From Psychrobacter sp. DM4 (lineage in GTDB: Bacteria > Pseudomonadota > Gammaproteobacteria > Pseudomonadales > Moraxellaceae): 32,000 bases of DNA. The notes below the pieces were generated by a model. It was given only the letters and a program-made list of their open reading frames with translations, was not told the DNA's origin and did not search any database. The position numbers were made by a program, and so were the translations under genes. The stretch spans positions 1,680,001 through 1,712,000 of the forward strand of contig NZ_CP195536.1 in assembly GCF_051307035.1 (NCBI RefSeq). Reading direction: 5' to 3'. Each line of letters starts with the position of its first letter. Position 1 is the stretch's first letter. Below are positions 1-9,672 of the stretch, piece after piece.

Positions 1-78
1 ACAAGTGGCTCAGATACCTCTATTACCGATCCAATCGGCCCAAAGTCAGTAAGCGACATCTCTTTGGACGATAAGTAA
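1..78 (+). CDS. 3' end of an unidentified CDS entering from upstream of the window
   Basis: Frame 1 is open from the window edge to TAA at 76-78 (...SVSDISLDDK*) and is followed by a hairpin plus T-tract. Only 25 codons are visible, so no product can be assigned. Confidence 0.3.
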   Translation, partial: TSGSDTSITDPIGPKSVSDISLDDK

Positions 79-82
79 AGAC

Positions 83-110
83 AAAAAAAACGCCTTTATC
101 GGCGTCTTTT
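83..110. terminator. Putative bidirectional rho-independent terminator
   Basis: An A-tract is followed by a short stem ACGCC/GGCGT (loop TTTATC) and then a T-rich tract. It lies between two convergent CDS ends (78 and 143). The stem is only about 5 bp. Confidence 0.45.
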
Positions 111-142
111 ATATCAATGAATCTTTGACTAAGAACAACGAG

Positions 143-751
143 CTATTCTGATGGCTGATGCTTGATAATGGTTTTTGCCAAGTGATCACCGAACCAAATA
201 GCAGTATCGATATCGCCCTTGCCCGGTGTCTGTTCAGGCGGACCGTCTAGTGACTGTGTCATCAGTCCCAAAAAACTCGATAGACGATTGAGGTCAGTGG
301 ACTCATGGCCGGTCGGCATCAGCGGCAGTCCGATCCAGTTCATACCGTGTTGCATACAGTACAGATTAATCTGTTGCAACACCGCAAGCTTATCACCACT
401 TAAACCACCAGAATTAGCAAATCCAGCAGCCCACTTGCCCTCCCACTTACGGTTATACCAGCGTTTTGAGGTCTCATCCATAAAGGTCTTAAACTCAGCA
501 GTAACGCTACCCATGTAGACGGCGCTACCAAAGACTAGTAGATCCGCTTGATCTAGATAGTCCCAATCAACCTCATAGACATCAACCGCTTTTGCTTGCG
601 TGTCTGGTAATTGTTGGCGCGCGCCTTCAACGATGGCCTCGGCCACACGTCTGGTATGACCATAATTACTATGAAAGATCACAGCAATAGAGACGCTAGG
701 TACCTCTTTGAGGCGACTAGTGGGTTGCGATGAGGTGTCAGGTGTATTCAT
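143..751 (-). CDS. Flavodoxin-fold protein, WrbA-type NAD(P)H:quinone oxidoreductase family
   Basis: 202-aa ORF. The motif pattern parallels WrbA: IAVIFHSNYGHTRRVAEAI (FMN-binding N-terminal strand/loop), LVFGSAVYMGSVTAEFKTFMD and GKWAAGFANSGGLSGD. Confidence 0.75.
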   Translation of the reverse strand: MNTPDTSSQPTSRLKEVPSVSIAVIFHSNYGHTRRVAEAIVEGARQQLPDTQAKAVDVYEVDWDYLDQADLLVFGSAVYMGSVTAEFKTFMDETSKRWYNRKWEGKWAAGFANSGGLSGDKLAVLQQINLYCMQHGMNWIGLPLMPTGHESTDLNRLSSFLGLMTQSLDGPPEQTPGKGDIDTAIWFGDHLAKTIIKHQPSE

Positions 752-784
752 ACAAGCTCTAATAATGTCTAATAAATGATAGGT

Positions 785-1762
785 TTAAGGGTTTGGTAAA
801 AGGTGACTACGTACGATGATCAGCGCCATTCTTCCTGTAGCAGGCTCTTGTATATGCGTCTGACGTCGATAAGAATAATAGCGAGTATCCTCATAACTAC
901 AGTCTACTGGCAAATTAGTACTCAGAGTAATGCCTAGAGCAGTCAGCTGATCGGCTGCAAGTCTTGGTAAGTTTAGCTTAATTTTACCTGCGTTTACTTT
1001 AGCGTAATTTGATAATTTATCAAGGGTCTTATGTAAATATTGAGAAGCACTCTGTGTCTTATTAAGACGATTGGCATAGGCCTCAGTATCAGTATCAGTA
1101 TCAGTATCAGTATCAGACGCTACGCTATATAGAAGCTCAAACTCTCTTATAGTAGAGGCAGCTAACAGTTCATGCTCTACGCATCCTGCTAACAACTTAT
1201 CACGTACGTGTTGGTCAACTTCATAATGCTCTTGACTGATACAAGCGCCCATCCAAGCTATTATCGGACTTGAACGAGTAAAACGCTCGGCGGCACTCTT
1301 TATCACTCCGCAAGCAAGTCCCTGCCAGCCTGCATGAATGGCAGCTATCTGTCCACTGGCAGGCTGATGCAATACGATAGGCACGCAATCTGCGGTCATA
1401 ATCGCAAGTCCGACATCGCTTTGAGTACTAACCATCGCATCAGCCGCCACTGGCTGCATCCCGATAAGGGTATTATCAATATCATAAACGTGGCTGCCAT
1501 GCACTTGACTGACCCAGTGCAAGCGTTCTATGGGAGCAAAATGACGCTCTTTTAGCTGCTCGTTAATAGTGCTGAGAAGTTGCATACGATTATTCAATAC
1601 TCGTATAGGATCGTCCAAAACATGCAAGCCTAGATTGAAGTCACCATAACGTGCTTGTCCTACAGATAATGCTTTTTGCTTATCAACAAAAGCTCTGGTC
1701 TGAAAGACCGCACTATCACCTAGCATCGCTATGAGCTCTACAGGATAGCGTTTAGCAGTCAT
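785..1762 (-). CDS. pgeF: YfiH/PgeF family (DUF152) purine nucleoside phosphorylase / peptidoglycan editing factor, carrying an internal insertion
   Basis: Family motifs are present: SQVHG, TADCVPI, IHAGWQGL and C-terminal CSYEDTRYYSYRRQ. It sits immediately downstream of rluD, as in E. coli (rluD-yfiH). At 325 aa it is longer than the roughly 243 aa of E. coli because of an inserted segment. Confidence 0.85.
   Translation of the reverse strand: MTAKRYPVELIAMLGDSAVFQTRAFVDKQKALSVGQARYGDFNLGLHVLDDPIRVLNNRMQLLSTINEQLKERHFAPIERLHWVSQVHGSHVYDIDNTLIGMQPVAADAMVSTQSDVGLAIMTADCVPIVLHQPASGQIAAIHAGWQGLACGVIKSAAERFTRSSPIIAWMGACISQEHYEVDQHVRDKLLAGCVEHELLAASTIREFELLYSVASDTDTDTDTDTEAYANRLNKTQSASQYLHKTLDKLSNYAKVNAGKIKLNLPRLAADQLTALGITLSTNLPVDCSYEDTRYYSYRRQTHIQEPATGRMALIIVRSHLLPNP
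1085..1116. repeat. Perfect hexanucleotide microsatellite (AGTATC)x5, in frame within pgeF (encodes DTDTDTDTDT)
   Basis: Directly visible as agtatc agtatc agtatc agtatc agtatc ag. On the coding strand it is (GATACT)n, matching the DTDTDTDTDT run in the ORF translation. Confidence 0.95.
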
Positions 1763-1818
1763 GGCTTGTGTTCCTACTCTATTTAATTAATCAAGGTCTA
1801 AATGAGTAACAACTCAAA

Positions 1819-3054
1819 TTACTCGTCACTCAAGATAGCAATCAGTGACTTCATATCCTCTGGAATAGGCGCCATTACTTCAACGTCCTCGCCTGTAGTC
1901 GGATGCACAAATCCCAATCGATAAGCATGCAAGGCTTGACGAGGAAAATGACTAATAGTCTCACGCTGCGCCTCTGTCAGACCAGCGCGCAGCTGACGAC
2001 GCCCGCCATAAACGCGATCGCCTACGATAGGATAAGTGATATGACTCAAATGCACGCGAATCTGATGGGTACGACCCGTTTCAAGCCCCACATCCAATAA
2101 GCAGTAGTTGTTATTCAGCGCGGTAATATCAAGCAGATGCGTCACCGCATCACGTCCAGCAGTCATGACAGTCATCTTGGTACGCTGGTTGCGATGGCGA
2201 CCGATTGGTGCATCAATTCTTATATGACGCTTAAGACTGGCCTGATCGCCTGCGACCACGCACTGATAATGACGGTACACAGACTTATCTTTGAGCTGCG
2301 CCATAAGTGCCATTTGTGCAGGTTTGGTTTTGCCAATCAACAGTAACCCTGAAGTATCCTTATCGATCCGATGCACTAACCCTGCACGCGGCAGATGGTG
2401 CTGCTGCGGATAATGGTAAAGTAGCGCATTGACCAGCGTACCCGTTTGGTTGCCCGCACCAGGATGTACCACCATACCGACAGGCTTATTAATGACGAGC
2501 ACCTCATCGTCTTCGAATATGACATCGATAGCGATATTCTCTGGCTGATCGCTACTATGCTGCTGTAGCGTCGTCGATAGATGAATGACATCGCCTTCCT
2601 TAACGCGGTATTTGGGTTTTTGCACGCAGCCATTACAGAGCAAACTCCCATCACTGACCCAGCCTTGCAACTGAGCACGTGAAAAATCCGTAAAGGCTAG
2701 CGCGGCGAGTTTATCAATACGCAGACCCGCCTCATTACTTGCTACCGTATGACTCCCATCGATGACGACAGGTACAGATCGTCCTACGTCGACTGTCTCA
2801 TCGTCATCATCACTGTCGTTGTCGATCAAATCATCATCTGTAGATTGAGCGTCTGTGGTAACGTCATCCGCTACCTCACTATCTTGTAATTCAAGAGTGG
2901 TATCTGACGCTTTGCCTGTAGTTACACGAGTCGACTCTTGCTTATTCGCAACTTGACTCTCAAAAGAGGTGTCATCGTTCAACTCAGATGTTGATGACTC
3001 CATAGCTGATAGTTGCGTTGGCGTTACTTTGGTTGTCATGGCATCATTATTCAT
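1819..3054 (-). CDS. rluD: 23S rRNA pseudouridine synthase RluD (RluA family) with a long acidic N-terminal extension
   Basis: An S4-like segment (RIDKLAALAF...SRAQLQGWV) is followed by the catalytic motif HRIDKDTSGLLL and by GRTHQIRVH. Synteny is rluD-yfiH divergent from bamD. It is 411 aa against roughly 326 in E. coli. Confidence 0.9.
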   Translation of the reverse strand: MNNDAMTTKVTPTQLSAMESSTSELNDDTSFESQVANKQESTRVTTGKASDTTLELQDSEVADDVTTDAQSTDDDLIDNDSDDDDETVDVGRSVPVVIDGSHTVASNEAGLRIDKLAALAFTDFSRAQLQGWVSDGSLLCNGCVQKPKYRVKEGDVIHLSTTLQQHSSDQPENIAIDVIFEDDEVLVINKPVGMVVHPGAGNQTGTLVNALLYHYPQQHHLPRAGLVHRIDKDTSGLLLIGKTKPAQMALMAQLKDKSVYRHYQCVVAGDQASLKRHIRIDAPIGRHRNQRTKMTVMTAGRDAVTHLLDITALNNNYCLLDVGLETGRTHQIRVHLSHITYPIVGDRVYGGRRQLRAGLTEAQRETISHFPRQALHAYRLGFVHPTTGEDVEVMAPIPEDMKSLIAILSDE

Positions 3055-3679
3055 AGCAGATTCGTATTTATCAAAGTCATTAATGAAGTGTACATTTATC
3101 GAATAGCACTTATTAGGTGACGGGTATCAAATGGCTCTTATCGAGTGAACTTTATAATATAAGCAAAATATAATATAGACAAAACTGCGCATGAATTAAG
3201 GGAACTAAAACCGCAGATTTGATATCGCCCTAGTGTATCATGCCAGCCTCTTAAGCCCTATAGCCACTCACAGTTATCTCCTCTACTTCATACAAAGTCT
3301 TATTTGAATATTGATGAGGAGGATAATCTAACATCGGCGTAACGGACTGTGTAGTTATCGATGCCAGTAGCAATTCATATCCCTCGCCGTTATACCTCGT
3401 GTTAAACTGCAAAACGAGTCACTAAAAATTATCATGCTCACTGTTATTGTATAAAATTGTCCCTATTTTGCTGTATGCTATGGCACTATATTGAATCAGA
3501 AATACAATTGAGCCAACAATATAAATGCCCTATTTGCGCTTAAGCGAAAGCTTGCACTATAAAAGCCTGTCTACTGATAGATACAAACACTGTGACGGTT
3601 GCAAGCTGCGCCTTTATCATTAACTTATTATAAGCATATAGCATTCACGCTATCATGCGTCTTGTGTCGGAGAAGAAGT

Positions 3680-4909
3680 ATGCACGCTGCTCGCAATACC
3701 TTTATTAAGCTATCCTCAGTAACGATGCTGGCACTCAGTGTCAGCTTGGTCGGTTGTCAGACCTTTAATAACCTAACCGGCAAAGATGTCGATGCGGTCG
3801 CCACAGCTGAAAAGTCAGAGCAAGGCTATTACGGCGGCGCTATCGAAAAAATCAATAAAGGTCGCTACACGCAAGCGGTAGAGGATTTGAACAATCTGCG
3901 CACCTTTTATCCCACTGGGCAGTACGCGGAGCAAGCGTTATTAGATACTATGTATGCTCAGTACGAGGCGGGTGAATTTGAGTCAGCAGCGAGCAGTGCC
4001 GAGCGTTTTATTAGTCTTTATCCGTCCAACCCGCAAGTGAGCTATGCCTATTATGTACGCGGCGTAGCTAATATGGAGGGACCATCGGGCGGTATCACTA
4101 TATTTAAGACCAATCAAGCGGAGCGCGATACCTCGTTTTTGCGTATTGCCTTTGCAAACTTTCAAGAGCTGGTTAATAAATATCCAAACAGTCCTTATGC
4201 ACCAGACGCCGCTCAGCGCATGACGTTTTTGTACAATCAGTTTGCAAAGAGTGAGATAAATGCTGCTGATTGGTACATTGAGCGCGAAGCTTATGTTGCG
4301 GCGGTCAACCGTGCCAAATGGGTATTTCAGTATTATCCACAAAGCGATTCCACACCCAAAGCGCTATCTATTCTCGCTTATAGTCATGAGCAGTTAGGAC
4401 TTGATGATTTGGCACAAGAGTACAAGACGCTATTACAGCTCAACTACCCGAACACTTTGACTGATAATGGCCGCGTTAATCTCGATACCAAACGCGATCG
4501 CACTTTTTTGAACAAAATAACCTTTGGTAAACTTGGCCGTGCCAATACGTCAAATACTACAGCTGTAGACGGTCAATATACTGGCGCGACCAAAACACAG
4601 ATCGTGCGCGCGGCAGCGCAGCTTAGATTGCCAAGCAATGCGACAACGACTAGCGCTGATAATACCATTAACTTCTCACAAAATCGTACGGGTGGACTCA
4701 ATATTGGTTTAGGTCTGCCTGAGGAGTCAACGGAGCAAATCACAAGCCAAGGCAGCACCGCGTCTGCTGCAAGAGAGGCGACTGTTGATCCCCAAAACAT
4801 CAATCCTACGCGCCGTACCACTCTGCCTAGTGATAACGTCAGCGACCGTATTCAGCTCAATACCCCTGATCTAATCGATGCTGATGATGACATAGAAGAC
4901 ACTGAATAA
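3680..4909 (+). CDS. bamD: Outer membrane protein assembly factor BamD (lipoprotein) with a long C-terminal low-complexity extension
   Basis: The start is placed at ATG 3680 (MHAARNTF...), preceded by GGAGAAGAAG. Signal peptide plus lipobox LVGC is present. TPR-like blocks are collinear with E. coli BamD (LRTFYPTGQYAEQALLD, YVRGVANM, KYPNSPYAPDA, WYIEREAYVAAVNR). Confidence 0.85.
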   Translation: MHAARNTFIKLSSVTMLALSVSLVGCQTFNNLTGKDVDAVATAEKSEQGYYGGAIEKINKGRYTQAVEDLNNLRTFYPTGQYAEQALLDTMYAQYEAGEFESAASSAERFISLYPSNPQVSYAYYVRGVANMEGPSGGITIFKTNQAERDTSFLRIAFANFQELVNKYPNSPYAPDAAQRMTFLYNQFAKSEINAADWYIEREAYVAAVNRAKWVFQYYPQSDSTPKALSILAYSHEQLGLDDLAQEYKTLLQLNYPNTLTDNGRVNLDTKRDRTFLNKITFGKLGRANTSNTTAVDGQYTGATKTQIVRAAAQLRLPSNATTTSADNTINFSQNRTGGLNIGLGLPEESTEQITSQGSTASAAREATVDPQNINPTRRTTLPSDNVSDRIQLNTPDLIDADDDIEDTE

Positions 4910-4949
4910 GTTGTCGGTTTTGATGATCTAACCCCTCTTGCATCCTACA

Positions 4950-4981
4950 CAAGGTCAACGATAATGTTGGCCTTGTTTTTC
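4950..4981 (+). terminator. Rho-independent terminator after bamD
   Basis: 10-bp stem CAAGGTCAAC/GTTGGCCTTG (one G-U pair), loop GATAAT, then TTTTT. Confidence 0.7.
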
Positions 4982-5039
4982 TGTCCGATTTCTTATCACC
5001 GCTCACCCTTTTATCGCCCTATGGTAAACTATTTATTGT

Positions 5040-7178
5040 ATGAGTATTCCAAGCCATATTCTTGAACAATTAAATAGCCAAGCTGACCTGATCAGCATCA
5101 TTGGTCGTCATACGACGCTCAAACGTGCTGGCGGTGAGTTTAAGGGCTGCTGCCCGTTCCATGGTGAGAAATCGCCGTCTTTTTATGTGAATCCTCAAAA
5201 GAACATCTATCACTGCTTTGGCTGTAGTGTCGGCGGCAACGCCATTAGCTTTTTGCGCGATTATGAGAACCTTACCTTTATCGAGGCGGTCAACGAGTTA
5301 TCGAAGCAAACGGGTATCGAGGTCCCAAAAGATGAGCAAAAAAACGTCAGCTATCAGCGCCGCGCATCCAAACCTGTTAAACCATCAAAATCAGCGACGC
5401 CGCCTTCAGCCTCATCGATTAGCAACAATGCGTCCAATAAAACAGCGTCTGAACAGCCGCCTATCAGCACCGATGAAAATAATCACCACTCTCAAGACCT
5501 GCCTGTAGATATTCCGTATGGTGCGGACTACGATGTCGGTCGTTTCAACAGCCCTTATGATAACGACCACAACTTTGATAACTTTGGTTATGATAATAAT
5601 CAAAACCTGTCGCCTGCGTGGGATACCGACAATGACGCTGGATTAGCAGACCCGCAAGCTGACCAAGATGGCAACTTATATGATCTACTAGAGCAGATTG
5701 CAACCTTCTATCAGCAAAGCTTAAGTACGCACCCGCATGCTATGCATTACTTTACTGCGCGCGGCGTGACACCTTCTATCATTGAGACCTTTGGACTAGG
5801 CTACGCACCTTTTGGCTGGCAGCACTTAGAGCATCAATTCCCGCAAGACATCGAAGGACTCAAAGCGTTAGGTTTAGTGCGTCAGTCAGAATCTGGGCGC
5901 GATTATGATCTGCTGCGCGATCGGGTTATCTTCCCGATACGTGATAATCAAGGTCGCACCATAGGTTTTGGCGGGCGGGCGCTCGATGACGAGGTCAAAC
6001 CTAAATATATCAACTCCTCCGACTCACCCGTCTTTCACAAGCAGCATGTCCTCTATGGCTACTATGAGTCGCGCCAGCAGCGCGCAGATAGCTGGCTTGT
6101 AGTTGAGGGTTACATGGATGTTATCGCCTTATATCAAGCAGGTATTTATGGTGCAGTGGCCTCAATGGGTACGGCAATCAACGAGAGTCAGATTGCACGC
6201 CTGCTCACTATGAACCCAACACTGACCCTAAGCTTTGATGGTGATAGTGCTGGACAAAAGGCCGCTTGGCGGACGCTTGAGGTCGCGCTGCCCGTACTTG
6301 GTGATGACAAAGAGCTGCGGTTTTTGAGTTTGCCTAGTGAGCATGATCCCGATACGTTTATCAAGGCCAATGGGCTGGACGCCATGCGCGAGCAAATAGC
6401 CCATGCCATGCCTTTATCACAATATATCTTTGCCTACTTAAGCGAGCGCCATAATCTAAGCCTAGCGGAAGGCAAGGCTAAGCTGATGTCGCAAGTTCGC
6501 GCCTTGACGACCTCGTTGCCCAAAGGAAGTAGTTTTCGGTATTTGCTCAATAATGATATCTATCAAAAGCTTGGCGGCAAACGCAGTCAGAATACTGAGG
6601 CCAAAGACGCTTTACTCAACTTTGATGGCGACATGACCATCAGTCAGCAGTTGCAACTGTGCTTTTTGTTTCAACCGCGTATGCTCATTGACGATCCCAT
6701 CGAATCCATTTGGCGACAAGCAGGCATCGATCGCTTAAACATACCGGCACATATTATGCAACGAGCATCGGCTGATACCTTGCGCCCACTTGCTTGGCAG
6801 GATTTGCAGGATACTGCTCTGTTCGATGTAGTCAGTACCATTCAGCGCTGCCTAAGCCATTTGCCAAATGACGCTAACGCCGCCGCGCACTTTGTTTTAT
6901 CAAACCTCAATCCCGATCATCAGCCTATGCTGAGTCGCAACTGGGGCGCGTTCTATAAAGCGCTGACTACAAGGAATGTCCTTAGCCTCGATGATTTGGT
7001 CGAAGAATTGGTTAGTCAATTGCTTGAGCGCACAATGAAAAAAAGAATGCAGGAGCTGATAAAAAACCCTGACCATATCAAGCAAGCCATCGTCAATATG
7101 CAAACTCAGCATTTGAGCAACTGGCTACGTGCCAAGCGAGCAGAACAAGCCACTCAAATGGCGAGTAGCCAGATTTAG
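5040..7178 (+). CDS. dnaG: DNA primase DnaG with an expanded low-complexity linker
   Basis: CHC2 zinc finger CCPFHGEKSPSFYVNPQKNIYHCFGC. TOPRIM motifs VVEGYMDVIAL and SFDGDSAGQKAA. It lies upstream of rpoD, as in the macromolecular-synthesis operon. It is 712 aa against roughly 581 in E. coli. Confidence 0.92.
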   Translation: MSIPSHILEQLNSQADLISIIGRHTTLKRAGGEFKGCCPFHGEKSPSFYVNPQKNIYHCFGCSVGGNAISFLRDYENLTFIEAVNELSKQTGIEVPKDEQKNVSYQRRASKPVKPSKSATPPSASSISNNASNKTASEQPPISTDENNHHSQDLPVDIPYGADYDVGRFNSPYDNDHNFDNFGYDNNQNLSPAWDTDNDAGLADPQADQDGNLYDLLEQIATFYQQSLSTHPHAMHYFTARGVTPSIIETFGLGYAPFGWQHLEHQFPQDIEGLKALGLVRQSESGRDYDLLRDRVIFPIRDNQGRTIGFGGRALDDEVKPKYINSSDSPVFHKQHVLYGYYESRQQRADSWLVVEGYMDVIALYQAGIYGAVASMGTAINESQIARLLTMNPTLTLSFDGDSAGQKAAWRTLEVALPVLGDDKELRFLSLPSEHDPDTFIKANGLDAMREQIAHAMPLSQYIFAYLSERHNLSLAEGKAKLMSQVRALTTSLPKGSSFRYLLNNDIYQKLGGKRSQNTEAKDALLNFDGDMTISQQLQLCFLFQPRMLIDDPIESIWRQAGIDRLNIPAHIMQRASADTLRPLAWQDLQDTALFDVVSTIQRCLSHLPNDANAAAHFVLSNLNPDHQPMLSRNWGAFYKALTTRNVLSLDDLVEELVSQLLERTMKKRMQELIKNPDHIKQAIVNMQTQHLSNWLRAKRAEQATQMASSQI

Positions 7179-7391
7179 CGCACTGGCAAATTTACTACTC
7201 TAATGTTTTTTCGATGCAAAATAAACATGCTATTTAAACCCAAGTTGTCTTTAACCCTTTAAAACATTAGCCATAATCCCCATTGTTTATACATACCAGA
7301 TGTTAAAACCCTACTCGTACTGATGGTTATTAGAACACGTTGAGCTAGCCAAATATAAGAATAAGCCGTTTGATAGTTAGGGTCTATTAAT

Positions 7392-7436
7392 AACAGTACG
7401 ACTAAAAACAGTATAACTAAGAACAGTACGACCGCC
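7392..7436. repeat. Three tandem copies of a 15-bp unit in the dnaG-rpoD intergenic region
   Basis: The three units are AACAGTACGACTAAA, AACAGTATAACTAAG and AACAGTACGACCGCC, contiguous and sharing the AACAGTA core. Confidence 0.7.
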
Positions 7437-7682
7437 AAAAACGTCTATTACGCTTTAACGTGAATTGCCCAGTCTGTGTTAAACTACGCCGTTGTGCACT
7501 TTTGAGCATCTTTAGGTGTTGTATTTGTTATAACCGTTTCAAGCCTTAATTATATCCACTCATTTTTATTATTACTGACGAACCTGACGCTCATTTTTGA
7601 CCTATTCCCTATTTGGGTCGTTACTGTATAAGCGCCTCACTGTCACGTCATAAAAATGTCTGTACAAAAAAAGCGAGTATTT

Positions 7683-9611
7683 ATGAACGATAAGTCAGTT
7701 TCTAAATCTACCTCTCAGCTAGCCACCTTGATTCAAATGGGTAAAGAGCAAGGGTATCTCACTTATGCTGAGGTAAACGATCAGCTACCCGACTCTATTA
7801 CCGAAAGCGATCAGATCGAGGACATCGTACAGATGTTAAGTGACGTCGGTATCAAAATCTTTGAGTCCGCACCCGACGCTGATGATATCTTGATGAATGA
7901 TGACTCAAGCGATGACGAAGCGGCAGCTGATGAGGCGGCGGCAGTACTCGCAGCAGTCGAGACTGAGCCTGGTCGCACCACAGACCCTGTGCGTATGTAT
8001 ATGCGTGAGATGGGTACCGTTGATCTCTTGACACGTGAAGGTGAGATTGCCATTGCCAAACGTATCGAAGAAGGAACTCGTGACGTACAGCACGCGATGG
8101 CGTATTGGCCTGGTACCGTGCAGTTTATCCTTGACGAATATCAGCGTGTGCTCGATGGTGACAAAAAACTCTCTGATGTGATAACAGGATTCTTAGATCC
8201 TGAAACTGAAGCAGATAAGCAAGCCGCCAAAGAAGAAAAAGAGCGTGCCAAAGAAGAGCGCGAACGTATCAAAGAAGAAAAAGAGAACGCGCCTATCATC
8301 AAACCAAAAGCCAATGTTAAAGATGATGATGAAGACGATGAAGACAGCGATGATAATGATGGCGATGATGAAGGCGAAGAAGAAGAAGAAACAGGCGGTA
8401 TTGATCCTGAAGAGGTTCGTTTACGTGTCGAGGAAATCAGAGAGCTATTTATCACTGCTAAACAAGCTCTGCTAGACTATGGGCGCGGTAGCGCGCAAGC
8501 TGTAGAAGCCTACGAGCAACTCGCCAGCCGCTTTATGATGCTCAAACTTAATAATCGTATGTCAGATCAAGTCATGGCTATCATGCATGATGTGTATGAT
8601 GACGTGCGCAAACAAGAGCGTCAAATCATGCGCCTCGTCATTCGCCGTGGTCGTATGCCACGCGAGGAGTTCCGCAAGACTTTTCCTAGTAATGAGACCA
8701 ACGTTGATTGGCTCATTGAGCGCCTAAAAGGTAAGCCCGTCTTTGGTGAAACCTTAGAAAAAGTCACCGACGATGTCATTCTGTTGCAACGCAAGATTCG
8801 CGATTATGAGCAGCAGCTCGATATGCAAATTGTCGATATGAAAGATGTGGCACGCCGTATGGCGGTCGGTGAAGCAAAAGCCCGCCGCGCCAAAAAAGAA
8901 ATGGTCGAGGCTAACTTGCGTCTGGTTATCTCTATCGCCAAAAAATATACCAATCGCGGTTTACAGTTCTTGGATCTGATTCAAGAAGGTAATATTGGTC
9001 TGATGAAAGCGGTCGATAAGTTTGAATATCGCCGTGGTTATAAGTTTTCAACTTATGCCACATGGTGGATTCGTCAGGCGATTACGCGCTCAATAGCTGA
9101 TCAGGCGCGTACGATTCGTATACCAGTGCATATGATTGAGACGATTAATAAAATCAACCGTGTCTCACGCCAGCTATTACAAGAGATGGGTCGTGAGCCA
9201 ACCCCTGAGGAATTAGGCGAACGCTTAGAGATGGACGAGGTTAAGGTGCGTAAAGTACTAAAAATTGCAAAAGAGCCTATCTCAATGGAGACGCCAATCG
9301 GTGATGATGAAGACTCGCACTTAGGTGATTTCATCGAAGATGGGACGATTTCAAGCCCTGTCGATGATGCAACCTCAGCCGGTCTACGTGAGGCGACGCG
9401 TGATGTATTAGGTAACCTGACTGAGCGTGAAGCTCGCGTACTTAAAATGCGTTTTGGTATCGATATGCCAACCGATCATACGCTTGAGGAAGTCGGTAAG
9501 CAGTTCGATGTGACGCGTGAGCGTATTCGTCAGATTGAGGCAAAAGCGCTGCGTAAATTGCGTCATCCTTCACGCTCAGAGCACCTGCGTTCTTTCTTAG
9601 AGAATGACTAA
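7683..9611 (+). CDS. rpoD: RNA polymerase primary sigma factor RpoD (sigma-70)
   Basis: The N-terminus [17 protein letters not shown] is conserved. Region 2 is [54 protein letters not shown]. Region 4 is [33 protein letters not shown] 7656 is an alternative start. I prefer 7683 (MNDKS...) for alignment with E. coli and a weak AGCGAG upstream. Confidence 0.92.
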   Translation: MNDKSVSKSTSQLATLIQMGKEQGYLTYAEVNDQLPDSITESDQIEDIVQMLSDVGIKIFESAPDADDILMNDDSSDDEAAADEAAAVLAAVETEPGRTTDPVRMYMREMGTVDLLTREGEIAIAKRIEEGTRDVQHAMAYWPGTVQFILDEYQRVLDGDKKLSDVITGFLDPETEADKQAAKEEKERAKEERERIKEEKENAPIIKPKANVKDDDEDDEDSDDNDGDDEGEEEEETGGIDPEEVRLRVEEIRELFITAKQALLDYGRGSAQAVEAYEQLASRFMMLKLNNRMSDQVMAIMHDVYDDVRKQERQIMRLVIRRGRMPREEFRKTFPSNETNVDWLIERLKGKPVFGETLEKVTDDVILLQRKIRDYEQQLDMQIVDMKDVARRMAVGEAKARRAKKEMVEANLRLVISIAKKYTNRGLQFLDLIQEGNIGLMKAVDKFEYRRGYKFSTYATWWIRQAITRSIADQARTIRIPVHMIETINKINRVSRQLLQEMGREPTPEELGERLEMDEVKVRKVLKIAKEPISMETPIGDDEDSHLGDFIEDGTISSPVDDATSAGLREATRDVLGNLTEREARVLKMRFGIDMPTDHTLEEVGKQFDVTRERIRQIEAKALRKLRHPSRSEHLRSFLEND

Positions 9612-9646
9612 ACTTTAAGTATTGCTAAGTCGATTAGAATTAAATA

Positions 9647-9672
9647 AGCTGAGCGAGTCTCAGCTTTTTTGT
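9647..9672 (+). terminator. Rho-independent terminator after rpoD
   Basis: Stem AAGCTGAG/CTCAGCTT, loop CGAGT, then TTTTTT. Confidence 0.8.

Noticed and set aside
8141-8455. Ser-rich 104-aa minus-strand ORF and the 76-aa plus-strand ORF (8245..8475) inside rpoD
   Set aside because: These are shadow or alternate-frame ORFs created by the GAA/GAT-rich acidic region of rpoD. The rpoD frame is unambiguous.
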